64,000 bases of DNA from a virus: IMG/VR virus record IMGVR_UViG_3300025093_000013, positions 32,001 through 96,000 of that record; one strand, given 5' to 3'. The position numbers and the translations under genes are program-made. Below are positions 8,540-14,909 of the stretch, piece by piece. Each line of letters begins with the position of its first letter. The first letter of the stretch is position 1. The notes below the pieces were generated by a model. It saw only the letters and a list, made by a program, of their open reading frames with translations, did no database searches and was not told where the DNA came from.

Positions 8540-9093
8540 TGCAAGAAGAAATGGACTTCGACCCAGAACCAATAGAAGAGGAAGAAGATCCTAATAAGTA
8601 TTGCAATCATTGTGGCACCACCCTAGAAATAGGAATCAACTGGAATGAGTCCGACAAGAAGATATCCATCTATAGATGCAACCCTTGTCGATACTCACTC
8701 ACCCAAGTACCCAAGATCAAATACAATGACCTGAAAAGATCCGCCATCAAAAGAGGATACGAATGGAAACTAAACCCAGAAGAAACCTCTGGTCTACTAC
8801 TAGATGAATGCTACTACTGCGGAAAAGAATCCATACAAGAAGTAAAACTACATGGTCTAGATAGACTCGATAATAATGTAGGATACCAAAAAGATAATGT
8901 AGTAACCTGCTGTGAACAATGCAATAGAGCTAAACTCACAGACACAAAAGAAGACTTCATTGAGATGTGTAAGAGAGTAGCTGATAGACACTACACATAC
9001 GAAAAGTCAAATATGGAGAGTACAAAAATATACCTAGAGAATAACGATCTAGGGGAATTTGTAAAAGAGAATTTTGATTACCCTGTTTGGTGA
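8536..9093 (+). CDS. HNH endonuclease
   Basis: CYYCG...GLDRLDNNVGY...NVVTCCEQCNRAK; extra N-terminal CxxC pair. Confidence 0.85.
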   Translation: MMQEEMDFDPEPIEEEEDPNKYCNHCGTTLEIGINWNESDKKISIYRCNPCRYSLTQVPKIKYNDLKRSAIKRGYEWKLNPEETSGLLLDECYYCGKESIQEVKLHGLDRLDNNVGYQKDNVVTCCEQCNRAKLTDTKEDFIEMCKRVADRHYTYEKSNMESTKIYLENNDLGEFVKENFDYPVW

Positions 9094-9224
9094 TCTACTA
9101 TACACTTGTAGGAAGGGATAGGAAAAGTCAAATATGGCACCCCCTTCTGACCTTGACAATGCATCGTGTAGGAAAAGTCAAATATAAGGGGTGTAATATA
9201 CCCCATGTAAGAAAAGTCAAATCT
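8998..9224 (+). repeat. Four 17-bp direct repeats TAnGAAAAGTCAAAT(A/C)T (iteron-like)
   Basis: Copies start at 8998, 9119, 9169, 9208. Confidence 0.85.
9074..9101 (+). promoter_or_regulatory. Early-type promoter firing into the non-coding repeat/hairpin region
   Basis: TTGATT-16-TACTAT; no ATG at the usual +1 (G9108). Confidence 0.6.
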
Positions 9225-9472
9225 GATTGCTTGACTCAAAACTAAACTTACACACCCCATCCGAGCAAACTTAAAGCAAGCTTTGAGCCAAGTTTAGATG
9301 GGGTGGGTTGGTCGGGGAGAAAAGTTTAGAGTGCGTTTCATACAAACTCTAAACTACTCTGATTGATACTATTCTTAAGGGGGCGAGACACCCCAAAAGA
9401 AGCAAACTACTGCAATACATATACATGTACAGTAGCAGATCTCATCGAAGTCTAATTCTCGACGGGTCTTAT

Positions 9473-9727
9473 TCATTTCCCGAACCTTTCACAACTCCTG
9501 CGAAACATAAGTGCAACCCAATTGTCCAAGAATAGCTGATGGAGAACGAATCCCCTAGTGCCTCCCTTGGAAACTTTCATCCACTTCCTACGCCATGCGT
9601 TAGTGGCATTTTCATGCTCATCTAGGAATCTAGGCTCACAAGGTCTATGCCTTGTTTGGAGCATATGATTCCATGCCCAGCAAGTAAGAAGGGCATTGTT
9701 AGGAAACTTAGTAGGTTGAACCATCAT
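9473..9727 (-). CDS. Hypothetical protein
   Basis: ATGA coupling to 9724..9966. Confidence 0.55.
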   Translation of the reverse strand: MMVQPTKFPNNALLTCWAWNHMLQTRHRPCEPRFLDEHENATNAWRRKWMKVSKGGTRGFVLHQLFLDNWVALMFRRSCERFGK

Positions 9728-9966
9728 CGGTCATTCCTCCAATCTTGATCGTTGTATTGGTCTTCTTCTTCATCCTCGTCGCAAGGAGCGAATGCCTCAT
9801 CTTGGCACTCCTGGCACAATCCAGAGATAGTATACTCCTTAGCAGAGATATCATCTTTGAACCACCCAGCATGGCACCCACACACCACGCACTGCTGGTT
9901 AGCCATAGCGGTAGAGCGAGTGGGCTGGAGGGTGTGGAGGTAAGCTTCCATTTCGGGGCTCTTCAT
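9724..9966 (-). CDS. Small Zn-finger protein with acidic tail
   Basis: CVVCG...CQEC; leaderless promoter. Confidence 0.7.
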   Translation of the reverse strand: MKSPEMEAYLHTLQPTRSTAMANQQCVVCGCHAGWFKDDISAKEYTISGLCQECQDEAFAPCDEDEEEDQYNDQDWRNDR

Positions 9967-9972
9967 GCGTGT

Positions 9973-10000
9973 ATAGTAGCACCTGGGGACTAGGTTTCAA
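9973..10000 (-). promoter_or_regulatory. Leaderless promoter for 9966
   Basis: TTGAAA-16-TACTAT-6-ATG. Confidence 0.85.
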
Positions 10001-10020
10001 GCGGAATCTAAGGAAAGTGG

Positions 10021-10086
10021 GCGTCCTAAGTCTAGGTCTGATAAGGGTTTACGGCGATCGGGGCCGCCGCCCGCCAAAATGGCAGG
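10021..10086. repeat. Cassette element R1 (25-bp palindrome + GC linker + GCCA-n3-TGGC hairpin)
   Basis: gcgtccTAAGTCTAGGtctgaTAAGGGTTTAcggc...ccgccaaaatggcagg. Confidence 0.9.
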
Positions 10087-10106
10087 GCTAGTTTATTGAT
10101 ATAAAC

Positions 10107-10598
10107 TCAGGCGAGAGATTGAATAGCGGCCTTGTGCCAGTTGTGAATAGACTGGCCCGAGACATTGTAGTCCTCTGCGATAGAAGCGTAGGACTCGCCC
10201 TCGATAGTGTGACGCAGAACGATATCACGGTCACGGTCGGAAAGGGAATCGAGCATGGAGAGAGTCTCCTTGTCCTCCGTGTAGGAAGGGTGCCAAGCGT
10301 CGGAGTTATCGTCCTCTTTGATAGCGTCCAGGGACATCTGGATACCGTCACCCTTGAGCGCCTTCTTGGCACAGGCACGGTCAATCTCCATCATGCGCCA
10401 CTTGATGCGCTGAATCATGTAGGTCGAGAACTTCATGCCCGCATCGGGAAGGTACGCCTGCTCGCCCTTGTGCAGAGCCAGGAAAGCCTCGGACACCAGA
10501 TCGTCACGATCATAGTGAGCAGAGATGTGAGGCTTCTCCGCGTACAGGTTGGCGTACTTGTTGGCGGCGGGGATGAAGTCGCTGATGGTGTTGCTCAT
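10107..10598 (-). CDS. sigma70-family (group 3/ECF-like) sigma factor
   Basis: Region 2 DLVSEAFLAL...KFSTY...IKW; region 4 LSDRDRDIV...ESYASIAEDYNVSGQSI; start set at ATG 10598 by promoter geometry. Confidence 0.85.
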   Translation of the reverse strand: MSNTISDFIPAANKYANLYAEKPHISAHYDRDDLVSEAFLALHKGEQAYLPDAGMKFSTYMIQRIKWRMMEIDRACAKKALKGDGIQMSLDAIKEDDNSDAWHPSYTEDKETLSMLDSLSDRDRDIVLRHTIEGESYASIAEDYNVSGQSIHNWHKAAIQSLA

Positions 10599-10605
10599 GT
10601 GACTC

Positions 10606-10634
10606 ATGATAGTCTATTATCGACCACCCGTCAA
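10606..10634 (-). promoter_or_regulatory. Leaderless promoter for the sigma gene
   Basis: TTGACG-17-TATCAT-7-ATG. Confidence 0.8.
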
Positions 10635-10656
10635 CCATTCCTTGAGAGAAATCTCT

Positions 10657-10748
10657 GTCCTAAGTGCCTGGGGGATAAGGACTTACGGCGGGGCGGGCTG
10701 CCCCCGCCAAAATGGCAGGCCCTAACCCCTTGCGGGGCCAGGACTTAG
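10657..10748. repeat. Cassette element R2 plus an extra palindrome copy (10721-10748)
   Basis: gtccTAAGTGCCTGggggaTAAGGACTTAcggc...ccgccaaaatggcagg, then ccTAACCCCTTGcggggCCAGGACTTAg. Confidence 0.9.
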
Positions 10749-10756
10749 AGCCAGAC

Positions 10757-11545
10757 TCAGGCAGCCGCGAGGATACCCTCGGCAGCGTTCCACAGGTTGA
10801 GGTTGACGCGACTCAGCGCGTCGATGTTGGTGAGTTCCCGAGCCTGACGCTTCTGGCCCTCACCCTTGAAACCCCCACGGATGGTGTTCTCCTGCACACG
10901 GTTGAACACGGTCCACAGGTCGGAACCAATGTCCTCCTGCCTGCGAGGGTTGAGAAGCTCCCGAGAGTCGATCTCGGAGGCAGCACCCCAGCGAGCAACC
11001 TTGCCCGCGTGAGCCATCTGGAACTGCTCCTCATCGTCGAGGTGCAGGTTCGCCATGCTGTCGATGTTGTCCGCGATGTTGGGGACAAGGTTGGACATGG
11101 ACTGGATCGCATCGGACACGCTGTCCATGGACAGGTTCATGTGACGCTGCGTGAAGCTGCCCAGATCAAGGGACTGGATAACCAGACCATTCGAGCAGAC
11201 CAGAGCAAACAGGCCAGCGGCCAGCTTGAGCGAGGACGAGCCATCGCTGGAGTTAGTGACGAGGATCTCGGGGAAGATATCCTGCGAAGGGTTGCGAGGG
11301 TCCGCGATGCGAAGGCTAAGATCCTTGCGCTGGAACCCGAGGGTGTGCTTCTTGTTGTCCGCCGAACGCTTGTAGCTCTTGGGCTGGAGCGCACGGGTGA
11401 CGCCCCATCCAAGCGCGTCGAACTGCTCGACAATGCTGGAGGAAGGGACGAAGCTGTAACGATCCGACATGCGGTCGCAGGGCTTGGAGGCGAAGACGGA
11501 AGGAGCGAGCTTCGCGATCTCGCTGTTGTCCATGAAGGTAACCAT
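10757..11545 (-). CDS. DUF932/DUF945 family protein
   Basis: APSVFA....SDRYSFVPS, PEILVTNSSDGSSS...GLF.LVCSNGL, LL.PRR.ED...DLWTVFNRVQEN. Confidence 0.9.
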   Translation of the reverse strand: MVTFMDNSEIAKLAPSVFASKPCDRMSDRYSFVPSSSIVEQFDALGWGVTRALQPKSYKRSADNKKHTLGFQRKDLSLRIADPRNPSQDIFPEILVTNSSDGSSSLKLAAGLFALVCSNGLVIQSLDLGSFTQRHMNLSMDSVSDAIQSMSNLVPNIADNIDSMANLHLDDEEQFQMAHAGKVARWGAASEIDSRELLNPRRQEDIGSDLWTVFNRVQENTIRGGFKGEGQKRQARELTNIDALSRVNLNLWNAAEGILAAA

Positions 11546-11551
11546 GCGTGT

Positions 11552-11579
11552 ATAATAGCGTGCCACACTTAGAGATCAA
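11552..11579 (-). promoter_or_regulatory. Leaderless promoter for the DUF932 gene
   Basis: TTGATC-16-TATTAT-6-ATG. Confidence 0.8.
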
Positions 11580-11599
11580 CAACAAAAGTGCGAAAGTTA

Positions 11600-11660
11600 G
11601 CGTCCTAAGTCGTTGGTACATAAGGACTTACGGCGGCGGGGGCTGCCGCCGAAATGGGGC
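11600..11660. repeat. Cassette element R3 (hairpin half degenerate)
   Basis: gcgtccTAAGTCGTTGgtacaTAAGGACTTAcggcggc...gccgccgaaatggggc. Confidence 0.88.
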
Positions 11661-11679
11661 ATCCTATCGGAAAAGTTAG

Positions 11680-11710
11680 AAAAAAACCCCCGAGGATGCC
11701 TCCCCGAGGG
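11680..11710 (-). terminator. Intrinsic terminator
   Basis: Minus strand CCCUCGGGGA-GGCA-UCCUCGGGGG followed by U7 (10-bp stem with G-U pairs, GNRA loop). Confidence 0.85.
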
Positions 11711-11780
11711 CTGCCCATTTCCCGATGGGCCACTCGCTTTCTTTCAACTCGGTCGGTTAGCTACCCTCCCGAGCGCATCG

Positions 11781-12014
11781 TCATGCAGATTTAGCCATCG
11801 GCGCGAGGCCGTAGATGCCAGTCCGATTCCAGACCTTGACCGCGTGGTCACGGGTGACTCCAGAGTTGAGGAACTCCCCAGTACGCTGGTTGACGATGGA
11901 AAAGGTGGTGATGCCAGCACGCTGAGTGCGAACCATGCAGTAGTTGCTGTTGCAGTAGCCAGCGACGGGAACGAAGGTCGTGCGACCGTTGGTGTAGCGA
12001 GAGTTGATCTTCAT
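11781..12014 (-). CDS. Hypothetical protein (77 aa)
   Basis: MKINSRYTNG...; leaderless promoter fixes the start. Confidence 0.7.
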   Translation of the reverse strand: MKINSRYTNGRTTFVPVAGYCNSNYCMVRTQRAGITTFSIVNQRTGEFLNSGVTRDHAVKVWNRTGIYGLAPMAKSA

Positions 12015-12020
12015 GCTTCT

Positions 12021-12049
12021 ATAGTAGTTTCGAGTGTCGGAAGTTTCAA
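12021..12049 (-). promoter_or_regulatory. Leaderless promoter for 12014
   Basis: TTGAAA-17-TACTAT-6-ATG. Confidence 0.85.
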
Positions 12050-12207
12050 GCGTCCATTGCGTGCTTGTGCTGCTGAATGATATCCCACTCAAGCTCGATA
12101 GCGTCAGCACAGGACTCGCAGAGGAGCGAGTTGCCGAACGGAGAGCCGAGGGCATACTGGGGAAACTGATCCCCGCAAGCGTCACACGCGATGGTGATGT
12201 CTTCCAT
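12046..12207 (-). CDS. Small Zn-finger protein (53 aa)
   Basis: CDAC...CESC; leaderless start. Confidence 0.7.
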   Translation of the reverse strand: MEDITIACDACGDQFPQYALGSPFGNSLLCESCADAIELEWDIIQQHKHAMDA

Positions 12208-12213
12208 GTGTGT

Positions 12214-12241
12214 ATAGTAGTCTATCGGGCCACGAAAGCAA
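12214..12241 (-). promoter_or_regulatory. Leaderless promoter for 12207
   Basis: TTGCTT-16-TACTAT-6-ATG. Confidence 0.8.
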
Positions 12242-12263
12242 GGGAGAATGTCGAGAAAGTGGG

Positions 12264-12328
12264 GCGCGTAAACCCTTGCAGCATAAGGACTTAGGGCGGG
12301 GGCGGCTGCCCCCTGCCAAAATGGCAGG
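12264..12328. repeat. Cassette element R4
   Basis: gcgcgTAAACCCTTGcagcaTAAGGACTTAgggc...cctgccaaaatggcagg; abuts the stop codon at 12329. Confidence 0.9.
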
Positions 12329-12490
12329 TTAGGCTTCTTCTTCCTCACGATAAATATCATACATGATATCGAACGCAGTATCCAAGAGATAAAGGTTGAT
12401 ATCTTGTTCAGCCATAGTTTCTTCAAGAAGACTACTATCTTCGTAGTCAGCCATCCACGCAGTCAGTCTATCTTTGAGTTCTCTCTTCAT
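12329..12490 (-). CDS. Small acidic protein (53 aa), paralog of 5093..5269
   Basis: MKRELKDRLTAWMADYEDSSLLE...EQDINLYLLDTA. Confidence 0.65.
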   Translation of the reverse strand: MKRELKDRLTAWMADYEDSSLLEETMAEQDINLYLLDTAFDIMYDIYREEEEA

Positions 12491-12498
12491 GTTATCAC

Positions 12499-13149
12499 CT
12501 AGTGGGACAGGAACTTCACGGTCATAGTAGATTGCCAGCAGGCACCACAAGTACCACAACTCTCAGTCTTTCCAGTCTGCTCAGGACAAGTGAAAGACTT
12601 ACCCTCGAAAGACTCATCCGCAGCATAACGAATGCCCGACATACTTTCTTTGTTGCGAGACCAGCGAATAACACAACGCTCAGGGTAGGATGCATTCAGG
12701 CGTTGAATACGCTTGCCGATATCATCCTCACGGGCAGTATAACCCCAGATGAGAAGACCATCATACTTGCACAGCATCTCATCCCAGAAGGTTACATAGT
12801 CCGTTGAGAAGAAGTCTCCGAGGACATGGAGACGAATAGCAATCTTGCCATGCTTTGCAATCAGCGTGTCGATCTCATGCTCCAATCGACGAACAAATGC
12901 GCTATAGTCAGCGACAGAATAGCGAGCAGCGAAAGGCATATTGTTTCCATAGCAATCGTCCCAATGGTGGCAGGAACGCGGACAAGTATCGCGTTCGGTT
13001 AGAGTGAGAGAAAAGATAGGGGCACCTGCCCACGCAGTCTTTTTAATACGGCGACCAAGTTTTTTATTGTTGCCACCCGACTTGAGCATAAACACATGAT
13101 TGTCGGGAACGGGCTTGATCGACTTCTGGTAGCGAGTGCTTACTAGCAT
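12499..13149 (-). CDS. GP88-like (radical-SAM-related) phage protein
   Basis: TCPRSC.....CY, IRLHVLGDF, WGYT, CPEQ......CGTCGACW. Confidence 0.75.
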   Translation of the reverse strand: MLVSTRYQKSIKPVPDNHVFMLKSGGNNKKLGRRIKKTAWAGAPIFSLTLTERDTCPRSCHHWDDCYGNNMPFAARYSVADYSAFVRRLEHEIDTLIAKHGKIAIRLHVLGDFFSTDYVTFWDEMLCKYDGLLIWGYTAREDDIGKRIQRLNASYPERCVIRWSRNKESMSGIRYAADESFEGKSFTCPEQTGKTESCGTCGACWQSTMTVKFLSH

Positions 13150-13155
13150 TCCTGT

Positions 13156-13183
13156 ATACTAGCACGGTCGGCCAAGATTGCAA
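13156..13183 (-). promoter_or_regulatory. Leaderless promoter for 13149
   Basis: TTGCAA-16-TAGTAT-6-ATG. Confidence 0.82.
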
Positions 13184-13193
13184 GCAAAATCTA

Positions 13194-13259
13194 GCGTCCT
13201 AAGTCGTTGCTACATAAGGACTTAGGGCGGGGGCGGCGGCCCCCTGCCATTATGGCAGG
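13194..13259. repeat. Cassette element R5
   Basis: gcgtccTAAGTCGTTGctacaTAAGGACTTAgggc...cctgccattatggcagg; 1 nt from the stop codon at 13261. Confidence 0.9.
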
Positions 13260-13260
13260 A

Positions 13261-13473
13261 TCACCTCACAACCTCATCCATAACATAAATCTCCTCATCC
13301 CATCCATCATGCCAACAAGGATAGTCTGCGTGATTATCAACTTCCCAATCCTTATAGCTCTCTTCGATATAGGCTTTGGCATACCTGATAGCGTCCTGCT
13401 GGTCCTTGAACAGACCAAGGAGACGCTTGCCTTCGTGTTGCACTTCACGCCAAAGACAATAAACCTTATCCAT
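13261..13473 (-). CDS. Hypothetical protein (70 aa)
   Basis: MDKVYCLWREVQHEG..LLGLF; TGATG coupling. Confidence 0.65.
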   Translation of the reverse strand: MDKVYCLWREVQHEGKRLLGLFKDQQDAIRYAKAYIEESYKDWEVDNHADYPCWHDGWDEEIYVMDEVVR

Positions 13474-13667
13474 CAAAACTCTCCAATGTAGTGGCCGACA
13501 CGCCAAATTAGATCTTGCACCATATCCTCCACAACATATGATGGCTCATCACCATAACTTAGTTTGCTACGGATCTGCTTGAGTTCTTCAAAGGTGCGAT
13601 TGAGCATATCAAGTGCTTCTTCAAGTTCTTCTTGATGAAGCATATCAAGCGACTTTTCATCCATCAT
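13473..13667 (-). CDS. Hypothetical acidic coiled-coil protein
   Basis: MMDEKSLDML...; operon packing. Confidence 0.6.
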   Translation of the reverse strand: MMDEKSLDMLHQEELEEALDMLNRTFEELKQIRSKLSYGDEPSYVVEDMVQDLIWRVGHYIGEF

Positions 13668-13797
13668 ATTTCCAACCTCTACAGGCGTTCTTGTTCTCTG
13701 CGCGTTTCTTACTGGTGATCTTATGGGCTCGACGGGCGAACTCCATATTGCGAAGGTGATTCCTACGCTTGGCAAGGTTCTTATCGTGCTGGTCCAT
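13657..13797 (-). CDS. Small basic protein (46 aa)
   Basis: Hand-translated MDQHDKNLAKRRNHLRNMEFARRAHKITSKKRAENKNACRGWKYDG. Confidence 0.55.
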   Translation of the reverse strand: MDQHDKNLAKRRNHLRNMEFARRAHKITSKKRAENKNACRGWKYDG

Positions 13798-13801
13798 GGT
13801 A

Positions 13802-14236
13802 TTAGATAGTAGACCGAAACTTGGCAGTGTAAAACTTTACATTCTTGATCCAGTGCTTATTGAGTCCAGTCGGGTCGTTATCAGCACCCACGGGACAATA
13901 ACGCTTGCCAAGGAAAGTAATAAAGTCTCCCTTGCTACCAGCCTTGACCCAGCGATCATAGTTCTTCTGGACAGTGGCAGCACACCACCCAGCTTGGTTA
14001 CGGTATCCAGGCTTGCAACGCTTGTGGATGATACCGTACTGGTACTTCTTGCCATTCTCTGCATACCTAATGGCTGCAACAATAGGGGCAAGTTTAGTGC
14101 GACACTCAGGACGGATATTCACATTGATAGCATCCTGATATAGAGCAGCGTTAGCCTTGCCGTCCTTAGTCTCGATTGCAGAGTACCCATCGGCAAGGAC
14201 AGGGGCACACAGGAGGAGTGCAAGGATAAACTTCAT
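13802..14236 (-). CDS. Secreted lysozyme-fold (transglycosylase/glucosaminidase-like) protein
   Basis: Signal peptide MKFILALLLCAPVLA; IVAAIRYAENG (catalytic-Glu-like motif); RYCPVGADNDPTGLNKHWIKNV. Confidence 0.6.
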   Translation of the reverse strand: MKFILALLLCAPVLADGYSAIETKDGKANAALYQDAINVNIRPECRTKLAPIVAAIRYAENGKKYQYGIIHKRCKPGYRNQAGWCAATVQKNYDRWVKAGSKGDFITFLGKRYCPVGADNDPTGLNKHWIKNVKFYTAKFRSTI

Positions 14237-14328
14237 CGCCAAAGCTCCCAGTCGATGTAACCAGAGAAGAAGAGAGCTTCCTCGCCCTCTTGCTCGTTCA
14301 TCTCGTCTTCGTACTCTTCAAGGTCCAT
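14233..14328 (-). CDS. Acidic micro-protein (31 aa)
   Basis: MDLEEYEDEMNEQEGEEALFFSGYIDWELWR; leaderless start, ATGA coupling. Confidence 0.6.
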   Translation of the reverse strand: MDLEEYEDEMNEQEGEEALFFSGYIDWELWR

Positions 14329-14334
14329 GTGTGT

Positions 14335-14362
14335 ATAGTAGCACAGTCTGGCTATGGTGCAA
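14335..14362 (-). promoter_or_regulatory. Leaderless promoter for 14328
   Basis: TTGCAC-16-TACTAT-6-ATG. Confidence 0.82.
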
Positions 14363-14384
14363 GACTTTATGGGTAGAAAGTGTG

Positions 14385-14448
14385 GCGCGTAAACCCTTGC
14401 TATATAAGGACTTAGGGCAGCGGCGGCAGCCCCTGCCACAATGGCAGG
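14385..14448. repeat. Cassette element R6
   Basis: gcgcgTAAACCCTTGctataTAAGGACTTAgggc...cctgccacaatggcagg. Confidence 0.9.
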
Positions 14449-14500
14449 GGTGAGCGGTTGTGGATCAATCTAGTTCACCACGCGCCCTCACCCCCTATAT

Positions 14501-14743
14501 TCACTGCGTCGAGAGGTGGGCTTCCAAGTGACCCAGACGCTTGCCATTGGGCTTGGTAGGCATCAGCCTACGGACAGCCTTATAGGCATCGAGGGCTTGA
14601 TTCCACTCGTCCCACTCGACGGCAGGGTTAGTGTAGGCCGCACGGAAGTTGCGACCCAGTTCCTCGGACATGGCCTGAAGCCTAGCCTCAGTGTAGGTGT
14701 ATTGATCTTCCATAGAGAACAGAGCTTTGAACTTGCGCCACAT
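14501..14743 (-). CDS. Hypothetical protein (80 aa)
   Basis: MWRKFKALFS...; TGA-T-ATG junction with upstream gene. Confidence 0.6.
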   Translation of the reverse strand: MWRKFKALFSMEDQYTYTEARLQAMSEELGRNFRAAYTNPAVEWDEWNQALDAYKAVRRLMPTKPNGKRLGHLEAHLSTQ

Positions 14744-14744
14744 A

Positions 14745-14903
14745 TCAGAAGGAGTAGCCTCCGTCATCAGCAGGACCGTAGGCGCTCTCCCACCAGTCAG
14801 CGTCAGAGGCTTCGTAGTAATACTCGTCACACTCGATCTGCTCCTCCCACGAAGGGTCGAAGTTGTCGGGGAGGTCGGAGGTGTAGTCAGGGGTGCTTTC
14901 CAT
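14745..14903 (-). CDS. Highly acidic micro-protein (52 aa), first gene of the island
   Basis: Hand-translated MESTPDYTSDLPDNFDPSWEEQIECDEYYYEASDADWWESAYGPADDGGYSF. Confidence 0.65.
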   Translation of the reverse strand: MESTPDYTSDLPDNFDPSWEEQIECDEYYYEASDADWWESAYGPADDGGYSF

Positions 14904-14909
14904 GCCCCT

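Noticed and set aside
10119-12294. Long + strand ORFs 10119..10748, 10712..11572, 11613..12080, 12034..12294
   Set aside because: Antisense shadows of GC-rich - strand genes; they run across promoters and repeats and have no motifs.
10021-14448. R1-R6 as a CRISPR array
   Set aside because: Spacing is 0.6-1.2 kb with whole genes between copies, the repeats are degenerate, and there is no cas operon; the Cas4-like nuclease is a typical stand-alone phage enzyme.
10021-14448. R1-R6 as canonical integron attC sites
   Set aside because: No consistent RYYYAAC...GTTRRRY ends, no integrase in the window, and the cassettes carry their own promoters.
14447-14494. GGGGTGAG...CTCACCCC hairpin as an intrinsic terminator or tRNA
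   Set aside because: No U-tract on either strand and no cloverleaf or T-loop motif; function unassigned.
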